A stretch of DNA of 64,000 nt from the NCBI GenBank assembly GCA_018334565.1, contig JAGXLU010000001.1, positions 61,248-125,247 on the forward strand. Direction: 5' to 3'. Within the stretch, counting starts at the first letter, position 1; each line of letters opens with the position of its first letter. The position numbers and the translations under genes are program-made. The notes under the pieces are model-generated. The model searched no databases, had not been told where the DNA came from, and worked only from the letters and a program-made list of their open reading frames with translations. Of the stretch, positions 48,487 through 57,229 are shown piece by piece. This DNA is from Halanaerobiales bacterium. GTDB lineage: Bacteria > Bacillota > Halanaerobiia > Halanaerobiales > M55B127.

Positions 48487-49830
48487 CTATGAGCCAGAAA
48501 TATCAAGATTTTTTACTAAAATTGAAGCAGAACCAAAATGTCCACTACCCGGTAGTCCCATCTTGAAATCATTACCGATTAATATAATATCTTTTAGTAG
48601 TTTTAAGAAGTTACCTGATATAGTAATTTGTTCAACAGGTTTTGCTATATCTCCATTTTCTATAAAAAATCCTCGAGCTGAAAGTGAAAAATCACCAGAT
48701 ACCTGATTTGCACCTGAGTGCAGCCCTTGAACATTTTCAACCAGTAGTCCTTTTTCTATTTGATTTTTTAATTTTGTAAAATCAGCCTCTCCTTTTTTTA
48801 AATACATATTTGTTGGCGAAATACTGATTTTGCTTTTATGATTAGAACGATAGGCATTGCCGGTTGTTTGTACAGAACTTTTTTTAGCAGTTTTCAAATT
48901 ATGAAGATAGGTGGTCAGCTTCCCTTTTTTTATAACTTCCTTATATTTGGAAGCTGCCCCTTCAGAATCGAAGGGAGTTCTTCGATACCCCTTTGCATAA
49001 AAAGGATCATCAACAATATTTACCACTTTATTTGCTACTTGCTCATTCATTTTTCCTTCAAATAAGGAAAGGCCTTTTTGTACATTTTCCGCCGAAAAGG
49101 TTGAACTAAAAGTAGAAAGCATATCAATAAAAACTTCATTTCTTAAAATTACGGGATATTGACCTGATTTAATATCAGCTGCTCCAAACTGTCTGACAGC
49201 ATCTTCAATTATTTTTTTTACAAATTGATCAGGATCAACTTCATCAAGATCCCTAAATAACTTATAATGAGAAGAAGTATGAACTTCACCCTCATCTTCC
49301 ACTACTACAGATATATATATATATGAAATATCATTTTTAAAATTTAAATTTAGGTCTTTGCTATTGACTATTTCTTCGCCCGACTTCTCATCAGCATATA
49401 TGCAGTAGTTAATACTTCTTACCCGATCATCATACTCAAAAATCTTTTTTTCTAATTTTTTTAATAAATCTATTTTTTTTGTTCTATCTAAACTATAAAT
49501 TCCTTTCGTTTCAGATAACTCTTTGTAACTTTTTGAACCAGAAAATATTTTTTCTTCTTCATCCATTATATTAGCATTATTTTCAGCTCTTGTTAAAATA
49601 TCATCTATAAGTTCATCAGAAAACTTTTCGGTATAAGAATAACCCATCTTGTTATTAATCTCACCCCTAAAAGCCAAACCGTACTCTTCATTTTCTTCAT
49701 AATAGTCAACTTCACCCTGATATAATCTCACTTCAAAATTTTGTGATTTATTTAAATATATTTCACTCTCTGAAAAATTTTTATCCTCTGTTTTTTTGAG
49801 AATATTTTTTATAAAATTATCTAAATTCAT
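48487..49830 (-). CDS. pmbA: TldD/PmbA family metalloprotease, PmbA-like partner subunit
   Basis: 447 aa with a family-typical C-terminus (GDFSLSARGFFIENG). It lacks the HExxxH motif, as PmbA does. It is overlap-coupled to tldD. Confidence 0.8.
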   Translation of the reverse strand: MNLDNFIKNILKKTEDKNFSESEIYLNKSQNFEVRLYQGEVDYYEENEEYGLAFRGEINNKMGYSYTEKFSDELIDDILTRAENNANIMDEEEKIFSGSKSYKELSETKGIYSLDRTKKIDLLKKLEKKIFEYDDRVRSINYCIYADEKSGEEIVNSKDLNLNFKNDISYIYISVVVEDEGEVHTSSHYKLFRDLDEVDPDQFVKKIIEDAVRQFGAADIKSGQYPVILRNEVFIDMLSTFSSTFSAENVQKGLSLFEGKMNEQVANKVVNIVDDPFYAKGYRRTPFDSEGAASKYKEVIKKGKLTTYLHNLKTAKKSSVQTTGNAYRSNHKSKISISPTNMYLKKGEADFTKLKNQIEKGLLVENVQGLHSGANQVSGDFSLSARGFFIENGDIAKPVEQITISGNFLKLLKDIILIGNDFKMGLPGSGHFGSASILVKNLDISGS

Positions 49831-51218
49831 TACTCTTTTTCACCTCTTCCCCCAACTGTCAGTTCTGAAACCCTTAAAGTGGGCTGGCCTACTCCAGCTG
49901 GAACACTACCACTTATTGAACCACACATGCCTTCAGCTAAATCAAGGTTATTGGCTACCATGTCAATTTTTTTTAAAATATCAGCACCCTTGCCTATTAA
50001 AGTAGCTCCCCGAACTGGCTTTTCAATCTGACCGTTTTTGATAATATAACCTTCCCGTACATTGAAGTTAAAATCACCCGTAGCAGGATTGACAGAACCG
50101 CCTCCCATATGTTTGGCATAAAGTCCAAATTCGGTTGCAGCTATTATTTCCTCCCTGCTATACTCTCCGTTATCTATAAAGGTATTTGTCATTCTGGAAG
50201 TGGGAGCGTAACGGTAAGATTCTCTTCTACCTGAACCTGTGCTCTTCATATTTAATCTGCGTCCATTTATGAAATCAATCATATAATTTTTCAATATACC
50301 TCTTTCAATTAACACATTACGCTGTGTTTTATGTCCTTCATCATCAAAATTCTGTGAACCCCATTGATGGGCAATGGTTCCGTCATCGATAGCCGTCACT
50401 TTTTCGCTGGCAATTTTCTCTTTTAATTTATTAGAAAAAACAGAATTATTTTTAGCAACTGAGGTAGCTTCTAATCCATGACCACATGCCTCATGAAATA
50501 TAACTCCCCCAAATTTATTATCAATTATAACAGGCATTTTACCCTGAGGAGCATGCCCTGCTTTTATCATTGTTACGGCCATTCTTGCTGCATCTTCTGC
50601 TCTTTTTGTTATATCAATCTGATCGAAAAGTTCAAAACCCATATGTGCACCAGGACCCTGAAAGCCGGTCTGTTTCTCACCTTCAAGACTGGCTACAGCC
50701 TGAATGCCCAATCTAACCCTACTTCTTTCATCCTCAACAAATACACCATTTGAATTTGCAATCTGAACATTTTGTGTATAATCAGAAAGACCAACCACCA
50801 CCTGGGTTATTAGTTCGTCATATTGATCTGCTGTTAGATAGGCACGTCTGATGAATTCTACTTTTTCAGTCTGGTTGAGATCAGCTGGATAGATTTTTAC
50901 TGGATGCAGATTATCATAATCAGCAAACCGCAACCTACTACTTTTTAAATCCGCTTTCTTAAACATTCCAGCAGCCTTTTTAGCCAATTTTAGCAGGTTG
51001 TCTTTTTGATCATCATTTGTATATACATATATTTCATTAGTATCTTTAATAACACGAATTCCTACTCCATAATCATTACCGGTATTGGCACTATCTATTT
51101 TACCATTGATAAGGTTAATAGAATTAGTTATCTTATCTTCAACAAATATTTCTGCAAAATCACCACCTTCTGAAAGGGCTGTGTCGATAATATTTTCTAG
51201 TAGACTTTTACTTAGCAT
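49830..51218 (-). CDS. tldD: TldD metalloprotease
   Basis: 462 aa with the HEACGHGLE zinc motif and GDFNFNVREGYIIKNG. Confidence 0.85.
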   Translation of the reverse strand: MLSKSLLENIIDTALSEGGDFAEIFVEDKITNSINLINGKIDSANTGNDYGVGIRVIKDTNEIYVYTNDDQKDNLLKLAKKAAGMFKKADLKSSRLRFADYDNLHPVKIYPADLNQTEKVEFIRRAYLTADQYDELITQVVVGLSDYTQNVQIANSNGVFVEDERSRVRLGIQAVASLEGEKQTGFQGPGAHMGFELFDQIDITKRAEDAARMAVTMIKAGHAPQGKMPVIIDNKFGGVIFHEACGHGLEATSVAKNNSVFSNKLKEKIASEKVTAIDDGTIAHQWGSQNFDDEGHKTQRNVLIERGILKNYMIDFINGRRLNMKSTGSGRRESYRYAPTSRMTNTFIDNGEYSREEIIAATEFGLYAKHMGGGSVNPATGDFNFNVREGYIIKNGQIEKPVRGATLIGKGADILKKIDMVANNLDLAEGMCGSISGSVPAGVGQPTLRVSELTVGGRGEKE

Positions 51219-51282
51219 TTAAATATCTCCTTTCCACAATTTATATCTATACTATATTATTAATTAAGTCTTGTTAATATCC

Positions 51283-51312
51283 TGCAAAAAATAAGACCGC
51301 CCTGAAAGCGGT
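51283..51312 (-). terminator. coaBC terminator
   Basis: The minus strand reads accgc-tttcagg-gcggt followed by cttatttttt. Confidence 0.55.
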
Positions 51313-51327
51313 AAAATAAATGATTGT

Positions 51328-52503
51328 TTATTTAAGCATATCATATATCCTATCAGCAATATTTTCTTTAGCTGATCTGGATATGTCTATTTTTTTCTCT
51401 TCTGTGATGACCACAACTTCACTTTCATCTTGATTAAATATTTTCTTATTTTTTATATCATTTGCAACAATCATATCCAATCCTTTATTGATTAGTTTTT
51501 TTTCAGCATTTTCAATTAGATCTTTACTCTCTGCAGCAAAACCAACCACTACTTGCTCTTTATCTTTATTTTTGACAACCTTATTGATAACATCATTAGT
51601 TCTTTTTAAATCTAAGATGAAATTGTCTTGATTGCCTTTTTTAAGCTTATCTGCCGCATAATCTTTAGGAGTAAAATCAGCGACCGCTGCTGCCATAACA
51701 ATAATATCAAAATCTTCAAAACAGTCCATCACACTATTATATAAATCAAGTGCAGTCTCTACTCTTTCAAAATCTACTCCAAGAGGCCTGGATAGAGTTG
51801 TTGGTCCAGAAATCAGTTTGACTTTTGCCCCCCTATAAGCAGCTCTTTTGGCAAGGGCATAACCCATCTTGCCGCTTGATTTATTCGTTATATATCTAAC
51901 AGGATCAATTCTTTCTCGGGTAGGACCGGCTGTTACTAATATTTTTTTATTAGCTAGATCTTTGTCGGTCAGTTTTTTCAATACGTATTCTATAAGCATT
52001 TCTGGTTCTGGTAATCGTCCCTTACCTACATATCCACAAGCTAACCTACCTTCAGCCGGGTTTATCATATCATAACCCTTCTGTTTTAGGTAATTGATAT
52101 TATCCTGTAAAATTGGGTTATTAAACATATTTACATTCATGGAAGGTGCGATAATAACAGGTGATCTAACAGCTGTAACTATGGTTGATAGTAAATCATC
52201 AGCTATTCCGTTAGCAACTTTACCAATTATATTAGCTGTTGCTGGACCTATCAGCATTAGATCAGCATTGTCGGCCAATGTAATGTGTTTAACTTCTTGG
52301 TCTTTAGTTTGCTCAAATAAATCACTTTCCACAACAAAACCTGTGATTGTTTTAAAGCAAATGGGGGAAATAAATTCTTGGGCTGAATCAGTCATGATAA
52401 CGTGAACATCATGACCTTTTTTTGTTAAACCGCTTGCTACATTAACCATCTTGTAAGCAGCAATTCCCCCTGTCACACCGAGTAAAATATTTTTTTTATC
52501 CAA
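51328..52503 (-). CDS. coaBC: bifunctional phosphopantothenoylcysteine decarboxylase / phosphopantothenate-cysteine ligase
   Basis: 391 aa. It has an N-terminal flavoprotein domain (ILLGVTGGIAAYK, PAMN-like SMNVNM) and a C-terminal DFP ligase domain (ITNKSSGKMG). Confidence 0.93.
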   Translation of the reverse strand: MDKKNILLGVTGGIAAYKMVNVASGLTKKGHDVHVIMTDSAQEFISPICFKTITGFVVESDLFEQTKDQEVKHITLADNADLMLIGPATANIIGKVANGIADDLLSTIVTAVRSPVIIAPSMNVNMFNNPILQDNINYLKQKGYDMINPAEGRLACGYVGKGRLPEPEMLIEYVLKKLTDKDLANKKILVTAGPTRERIDPVRYITNKSSGKMGYALAKRAAYRGAKVKLISGPTTLSRPLGVDFERVETALDLYNSVMDCFEDFDIIVMAAAVADFTPKDYAADKLKKGNQDNFILDLKRTNDVINKVVKNKDKEQVVVGFAAESKDLIENAEKKLINKGLDMIVANDIKNKKIFNQDESEVVVITEEKKIDISRSAKENIADRIYDMLK

Positions 52504-52512
52504 AGTTAAATA

Positions 52513-53091
52513 TCACTCCTTTCTTAATGAACGCTCCTTTTTAATAACCTTTTTAATTTCCTGCACAGTTTTTTCTATTTGATCATTTACTATACTGTAA
52601 TCATAATTATTAACTTCACTTATTTCTTGATCAGCATTTTTAAGCCTTTTCTTCAGACTCTCTAAAGTTTCAGAGTTTCTCTTCTTAAGTCTGTTTTTTA
52701 ATTCTTTATTATTCGGAGGTAATAAAAATATGTAAACTGTATCTTTAAATTTGTTTTTAATCTGTCTAGCTCCCTGAATATCAATTTCCAATATGACATC
52801 TTCACCTTTTGATAAACAATGTTCAACATATTTTTGAGGAGTACCATAATAATTTCCATGCACACAAGCTGTTTCCAAAAATAGATCTTCCCTTTTCATT
52901 TCTTGAAACTTTTCAGTACTAACAAAGAAATAATCTATACCATCTTTTTCATCTTTACGCGGTTTTCTGGTGGTTACAGAAATAGAATATTTAATACCGT
53001 TAAAATCATTCATTAATCTGTCCAAAATAGTCCCCTTACCAACCCCAGAGGGTCCTGAAAGAACGAATAGAATTCCTCTTACCATATCCAA
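52513..53091 (-). CDS. gmk: guanylate kinase
   Basis: It has the P-loop SGPSGVGKGT and TTRKPR. The start is ambiguous between the TTG at 53091 and the ATG at 53085. Confidence 0.93.
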   Translation of the reverse strand: MDMVRGILFVLSGPSGVGKGTILDRLMNDFNGIKYSISVTTRKPRKDEKDGIDYFFVSTEKFQEMKREDLFLETACVHGNYYGTPQKYVEHCLSKGEDVILEIDIQGARQIKNKFKDTVYIFLLPPNNKELKNRLKKRNSETLESLKKRLKNADQEISEVNNYDYSIVNDQIEKTVQEIKKVIKKERSLRKE

Positions 53092-53105
53092 TCACATCCT
53101 ATTGT

Positions 53106-53366
53106 TTATTCTTTGCTCTCTTCTTTCTGATTATCCATACGGTGTGAAACGGTTTCAGGCTGGATAGCAGATAATATAACATGATCACTATCAGTAATGA
53201 TTACTGCTCTCGTGCGCCGTCCATATGTTGCATCTATCAACATGCCACTTTCTCTGGCTTCTTGAATAATTCTTTTTATAGGAGCAGATTCTGGACTTAC
53301 AACTGCAATTACTCGATTTGCAGCTACAATATTACCGAACCCTATATTTATTAAATTGACTTTCAT
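53106..53366 (-). CDS. remA: RemA (YlzA/DUF370) biofilm/extracellular-matrix regulatory DNA-binding protein
   Basis: 86 aa from the ATG at 53366, which has a GAGGAGGG SD. The protein reads [39 protein letters not shown]...[14 protein letters not shown]. Confidence 0.88.
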   Translation of the reverse strand: MKVNLINIGFGNIVAANRVIAVVSPESAPIKRIIQEARESGMLIDATYGRRTRAVIITDSDHVILSAIQPETVSHRMDNQKEESKE

Positions 53367-53571
53367 ATAAACCCTCCTCACTCCAGTTTCTATATAAAAA
53401 ATCATTTTTATATTTTTTCTTATAATATCATATAATCATTAATTTAACAAGGAAATTGGCCCTCTTTTATCTTGTGATTTCTGATTAATAATTTTGACTA
53501 AATAACCATTATAATTTATACTATAAATATAGTAAACAAATGAAATATGTAGGATCAGGAGGAATATATTT

Positions 53572-55308
53572 ATGTCTATAGATGGAATATTACTTTCAGC
53601 GATAAACAATAATCTTACACAAAAATTAGTTGACGGCAGAATAGATAAAATCTATCAAATAAATCAAAAAGCTATTACGATGACTATTAGAAATAATAAT
53701 CAAAATTACAAGTTATTAATTAACACTGACCCCAGGGAAGCAAGAATTCAAATTACAGAATTTGAATTTGATAATCCAGAGTTCCCACCCGATTTCTGCA
53801 TGCTGCTACGAAAATATCTGATCAGAGGTGTTATAAAGAATATAAGTCAGCCTGTTTTCGAACGTATTTTAAAAATCAAAGTGGAAATTTATAATAAAAT
53901 ATATTACATATTTATTGAAATAATGGGCAGATATAACAATATAATTTTGATTGATCAAAATGATTTGATTCTGGATGCTATTAAACGGCTTGACAATGAA
54001 AAAAGAAAAATATATCCCGGTAGCCAGTATAAATTTCCTCCCGGCCAGGATAAGTTAAATCCCTTAAAAGTAAGCAGAGAAAACTTTTTTAAAAAGATTC
54101 CTGCTAATTTTTCTAAAAGAATATATCAGGCAGTCATGTTTAACTTTAGAGGAATCGGACCGGCTTCAAGTAAGGAAATTGCTTACAGAGCTAATCTAAA
54201 TTATAATGATAAATATAATAATCTAAACAGTGAAAAACAAAATGACCTTTATGAAAGTTTTACTGAAATATTTACTAAAATCAAAGACAAAAATTACAGC
54301 CCTACAATCGGACTTACAGATAATAAGATAGAATATTATTCTGCCTTTAACCTGAGTTACAAAAAAAATATAGATAAAACGATAAATTTTTTAGATACTG
54401 ATCAGCTATTTGATTATTATTACGAACATCACCTAAAAAACATCGCTTTAAGGGAAAACAATGAAAAATTAAAAGCAGTAGCCAACGATTTTTTAAAAAA
54501 GAATTTAAAAAAGCAAGATGAATTTAAGACAGAGTTAAAGGTCAATAAAAATTATGAAAGTTTTAAACAAAAAGGTGAGTTGCTAAAAGCGAATCTTCAT
54601 CAAATAAGCAAAGGTGATAATCAAATTAAGTTGACAAATTACTATGATTCTAAGCAAGAAACAGTCAATATCAGTCTAGATCCTAAAAAAACACCCATGC
54701 AAAATGCAAAAAGATACTTCAAAAAATACAAAAAAGCTAAAAAAAGCTTAAAACACCTAAAAAGACAGATTGGTAAATTAAGGCATGAAGAAAAATATTT
54801 AAGACAGGTCCTTTTTAATATTGAAGATTCAAATACTTTAGATGAATTAAAAGAAATAGAAAATGAATTAAGAGAAGAAGGGTATATAAAGAAAAAACAA
54901 AAGAAAAAAAGCAAACCGAATAATAAAATTAAACCTAATAAATATATAAGCAGCGATAATTATCAAATTCTTATAGGCAGGAATAATAAGCAGAATGACA
55001 AATTAACAAAATATGTAGCCAACAAAGGAGATATATGGTTACATACCAAAACAATTGCTGGATCTCATGTTATTATAAGAAACCATACCAATAAAAAAAT
55101 ACCAGAAAATACAATTTTAGAAGCAGCTAGATTGGCCGCTTATTTTAGTAAAGCAAAACAATCTAAAAATGTCCCAGTAGATTACACTCCGGTGGAAAAT
55201 GTTAATAAACCTAAAGGAGCTAAACCGGGTTTGGTTTACTATGATAATTACAGCACAGTATATGTCGATCCAGCTCAAGATAAGGAGATTGAAAAAATTG
55301 AAAAATAA
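53572..55308 (+). CDS. rqcH: RqcH (NFACT/FbpA family, ribosome quality-control, YloA)
   Basis: 578 aa. It has an N-terminal NFACT-N domain, a central coiled coil (K/E-rich) and a C-terminal NFACT-R/DUF814 domain (ILIGRNNKQND...WLHTKTIAGSHVII). Confidence 0.85.
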   Translation: MSIDGILLSAINNNLTQKLVDGRIDKIYQINQKAITMTIRNNNQNYKLLINTDPREARIQITEFEFDNPEFPPDFCMLLRKYLIRGVIKNISQPVFERILKIKVEIYNKIYYIFIEIMGRYNNIILIDQNDLILDAIKRLDNEKRKIYPGSQYKFPPGQDKLNPLKVSRENFFKKIPANFSKRIYQAVMFNFRGIGPASSKEIAYRANLNYNDKYNNLNSEKQNDLYESFTEIFTKIKDKNYSPTIGLTDNKIEYYSAFNLSYKKNIDKTINFLDTDQLFDYYYEHHLKNIALRENNEKLKAVANDFLKKNLKKQDEFKTELKVNKNYESFKQKGELLKANLHQISKGDNQIKLTNYYDSKQETVNISLDPKKTPMQNAKRYFKKYKKAKKSLKHLKRQIGKLRHEEKYLRQVLFNIEDSNTLDELKEIENELREEGYIKKKQKKKSKPNNKIKPNKYISSDNYQILIGRNNKQNDKLTKYVANKGDIWLHTKTIAGSHVIIRNHTNKKIPENTILEAARLAAYFSKAKQSKNVPVDYTPVENVNKPKGAKPGLVYYDNYSTVYVDPAQDKEIEKIEK

Positions 55309-57130
55309 TAAATTAATAGTTTTATTACTCGTTATTTTAATCTTATCAGGCTCTAAAGTAAAGGCCAATATACAAACATCTCCAATCGAATATGATGATG
55401 AAATCTATATTATTGAAAACTACTCTGAATTCGGAGATTTAGATTCTCCTAAATTAGCACTAGCCTTAAGTGGTGGTGGTGCCAGGGCCTTTGTAAATAT
55501 AGGCGTTATTAAAGCCCTAAATGAAGCAGATATATATCCTGATATAGTTATCGGATCCAGTATGGGAGGGATCATAAGTGCTCTTTATGGAAGTGGGATG
55601 ACGGCTGAAAGCATGCATGAGATAACTTCCTCATTGCCTTACGGATCACTTTTTGATATAAACCTAATTCCTATTTACTCTATATTTAGAACCAGAAAAT
55701 TAAATCAAATTATAGAAAAATTATCTCCCAATAAAGATCTAAAAAATTTCCCTATCAAAACAGGTCTACTTACTTATGATTTGGATAATGGATACAAATA
55801 TATTATGAGTGAGGGGAAAATTTCTGAAGTATTACAAAGTACATATTCCATACCTTTTTATTACCCTATAACAGAAAACAAGGACCGTTATTTAATTGAT
55901 CCTGGTACAGTTGAAATGGTCCCTTCAAAAGCGGCTAGGGCTTTAGATGCAGACATTGTGATTGCAACTACTGCATTCAATGATTTGCCTTATGAAAGTT
56001 ATAAATATCCTCTTCAGTCATTATCAAAGATGCTTTTATTGGTTCAAAAGAAAAATGCTAGACCAATTTTGGAAAAGTATTCTGATATAATTATAGAAAA
56101 TGATGTTGGGCGTTATAGTTTTAAAGATTTTGATCTAATAGATAAATTTATAGAAATAGGTTATCAAAACACACAGGCTATGCTGCCTGAAATTCAAAAG
56201 CTTTTAGAAGAAAAGAATCATAAAAGCAAACGCCCTGATCTCGTTAATATTAGTCAAGATTATTATAAAAAAATATATACCGATATCCTTTATGATCGTA
56301 TTATATATTCAGATACTTATTTTCACTATTTGCTTTATTATTTTAATAATCAATCTTTTTTTACACAAGAACTATTTAAAAAACCAATCTACAACCTTCA
56401 TTTTGGATTTTACTTTGAAAAGTCACATTTTGATATAAAGGCGCTTTTCAATGTTGAAAAAGATAAGCATACTGAATTAATGCTCAGATATAAAAAAATA
56501 ACAGATAATATTGATCTTGTTGCTAAATTAAAAAATAATACCCAGAAAAATAACATAGATTACATAGTAGAATTGAAGTATTTTAATAACAACTCCTCTT
56601 ATTCAATTGGCCTGGCTAATTTAGATAATGAAAATTACTATTATCTAAATAATAATATTAATTTATCAGGTGGAAAATTTGGTTTTAAAAATAATACAGA
56701 TATTCTTTTGAACATGAAGAAAAATCCTCAATTGATAAACTTAAGTCAGATTGATTACCATATAAACCAAAGATGGACTTCTGTTAATAAGTTTATGTAT
56801 TCAAATACCAACTTGTTAGGTGACCCTGATATTTATAGAGGTAATGACAAAAATAAAAAAGATAAAACAGCTTTATCCACTTCCATTGTTTATAATATTC
56901 CTTTTTATCAATCACCTGAATTTTTGTATTTCTTTGCCTTAGAAGAGATAAATCCCGCTCTGTTTGTTGATATAGAGCACACAGATAATCTGAATTCAGC
57001 AATAGGGCTTAATATGAATATGGTATCTTCTCTAATGGGGTTAAATCCCTTAAATTTAGATTTGAGTGCTGCTTATGATAAGAATTCAAATAAGATGGTC
57101 TACAATTTCTCTGTTGATGTCAACTTTTAA
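55298..57130 (+). CDS. secreted patatin-like phospholipase with a C-terminal beta-barrel-like domain (type Vd autotransporter-like)
   Basis: The TTG at 55298 lies 10 nt after AAGGAG; the alternative ATG at 55262 has no SD. The signal peptide is KNNKLIVLLLVILILSGSKVKA. Patatin motifs are GGGARAF, GSSMGG (GxSxG) and DPG. The last ~270 aa are Y/N/F-rich with an alternating hydrophobic pattern and end in ...YNFSVDVNF. Confidence 0.7.
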   Translation: MKNNKLIVLLLVILILSGSKVKANIQTSPIEYDDEIYIIENYSEFGDLDSPKLALALSGGGARAFVNIGVIKALNEADIYPDIVIGSSMGGIISALYGSGMTAESMHEITSSLPYGSLFDINLIPIYSIFRTRKLNQIIEKLSPNKDLKNFPIKTGLLTYDLDNGYKYIMSEGKISEVLQSTYSIPFYYPITENKDRYLIDPGTVEMVPSKAARALDADIVIATTAFNDLPYESYKYPLQSLSKMLLLVQKKNARPILEKYSDIIIENDVGRYSFKDFDLIDKFIEIGYQNTQAMLPEIQKLLEEKNHKSKRPDLVNISQDYYKKIYTDILYDRIIYSDTYFHYLLYYFNNQSFFTQELFKKPIYNLHFGFYFEKSHFDIKALFNVEKDKHTELMLRYKKITDNIDLVAKLKNNTQKNNIDYIVELKYFNNNSSYSIGLANLDNENYYYLNNNINLSGGKFGFKNNTDILLNMKKNPQLINLSQIDYHINQRWTSVNKFMYSNTNLLGDPDIYRGNDKNKKDKTALSTSIVYNIPFYQSPEFLYFFALEEINPALFVDIEHTDNLNSAIGLNMNMVSSLMGLNPLNLDLSAAYDKNSNKMVYNFSVDVNF

Positions 57131-57147
57131 AACCAAATATAAGTAAT

Positions 57148-57185
57148 AAAGCCCTCACTTTGTTTTTTCAAGTAAGGGCTTTTTC
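57148..57185. terminator. bidirectional terminator between the convergent patatin and EF-G2 genes
   Basis: The stem is aaagccctcactt / aagtaagggcttt with one mismatch (G:U on the minus strand). It is flanked by an A-run and a T-run. Confidence 0.7.
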
Positions 57186-57229
57186 ATAATAATCTATAAA
57201 TGTTATTTTTGATAACTAGTCAAAAATAT

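Noticed and set aside
55199-55297. The N-terminal extension of the patatin ORF, which overlaps the last 110 nt of rqcH.
   Set aside because: The extension has no SD and would bury the signal peptide. An in-frame TTG at 55298 lies 10 nt after AAGGAG and gives a normal signal peptide. For the same reason I rejected the track's N-terminal extensions at pta (25206-25226), ylbL (27638-27718), rpe (37164-37217), fmt (43404-43466), priA (46126-46179), remA (53367-53405) and the 237-aa protein (7143-7184).
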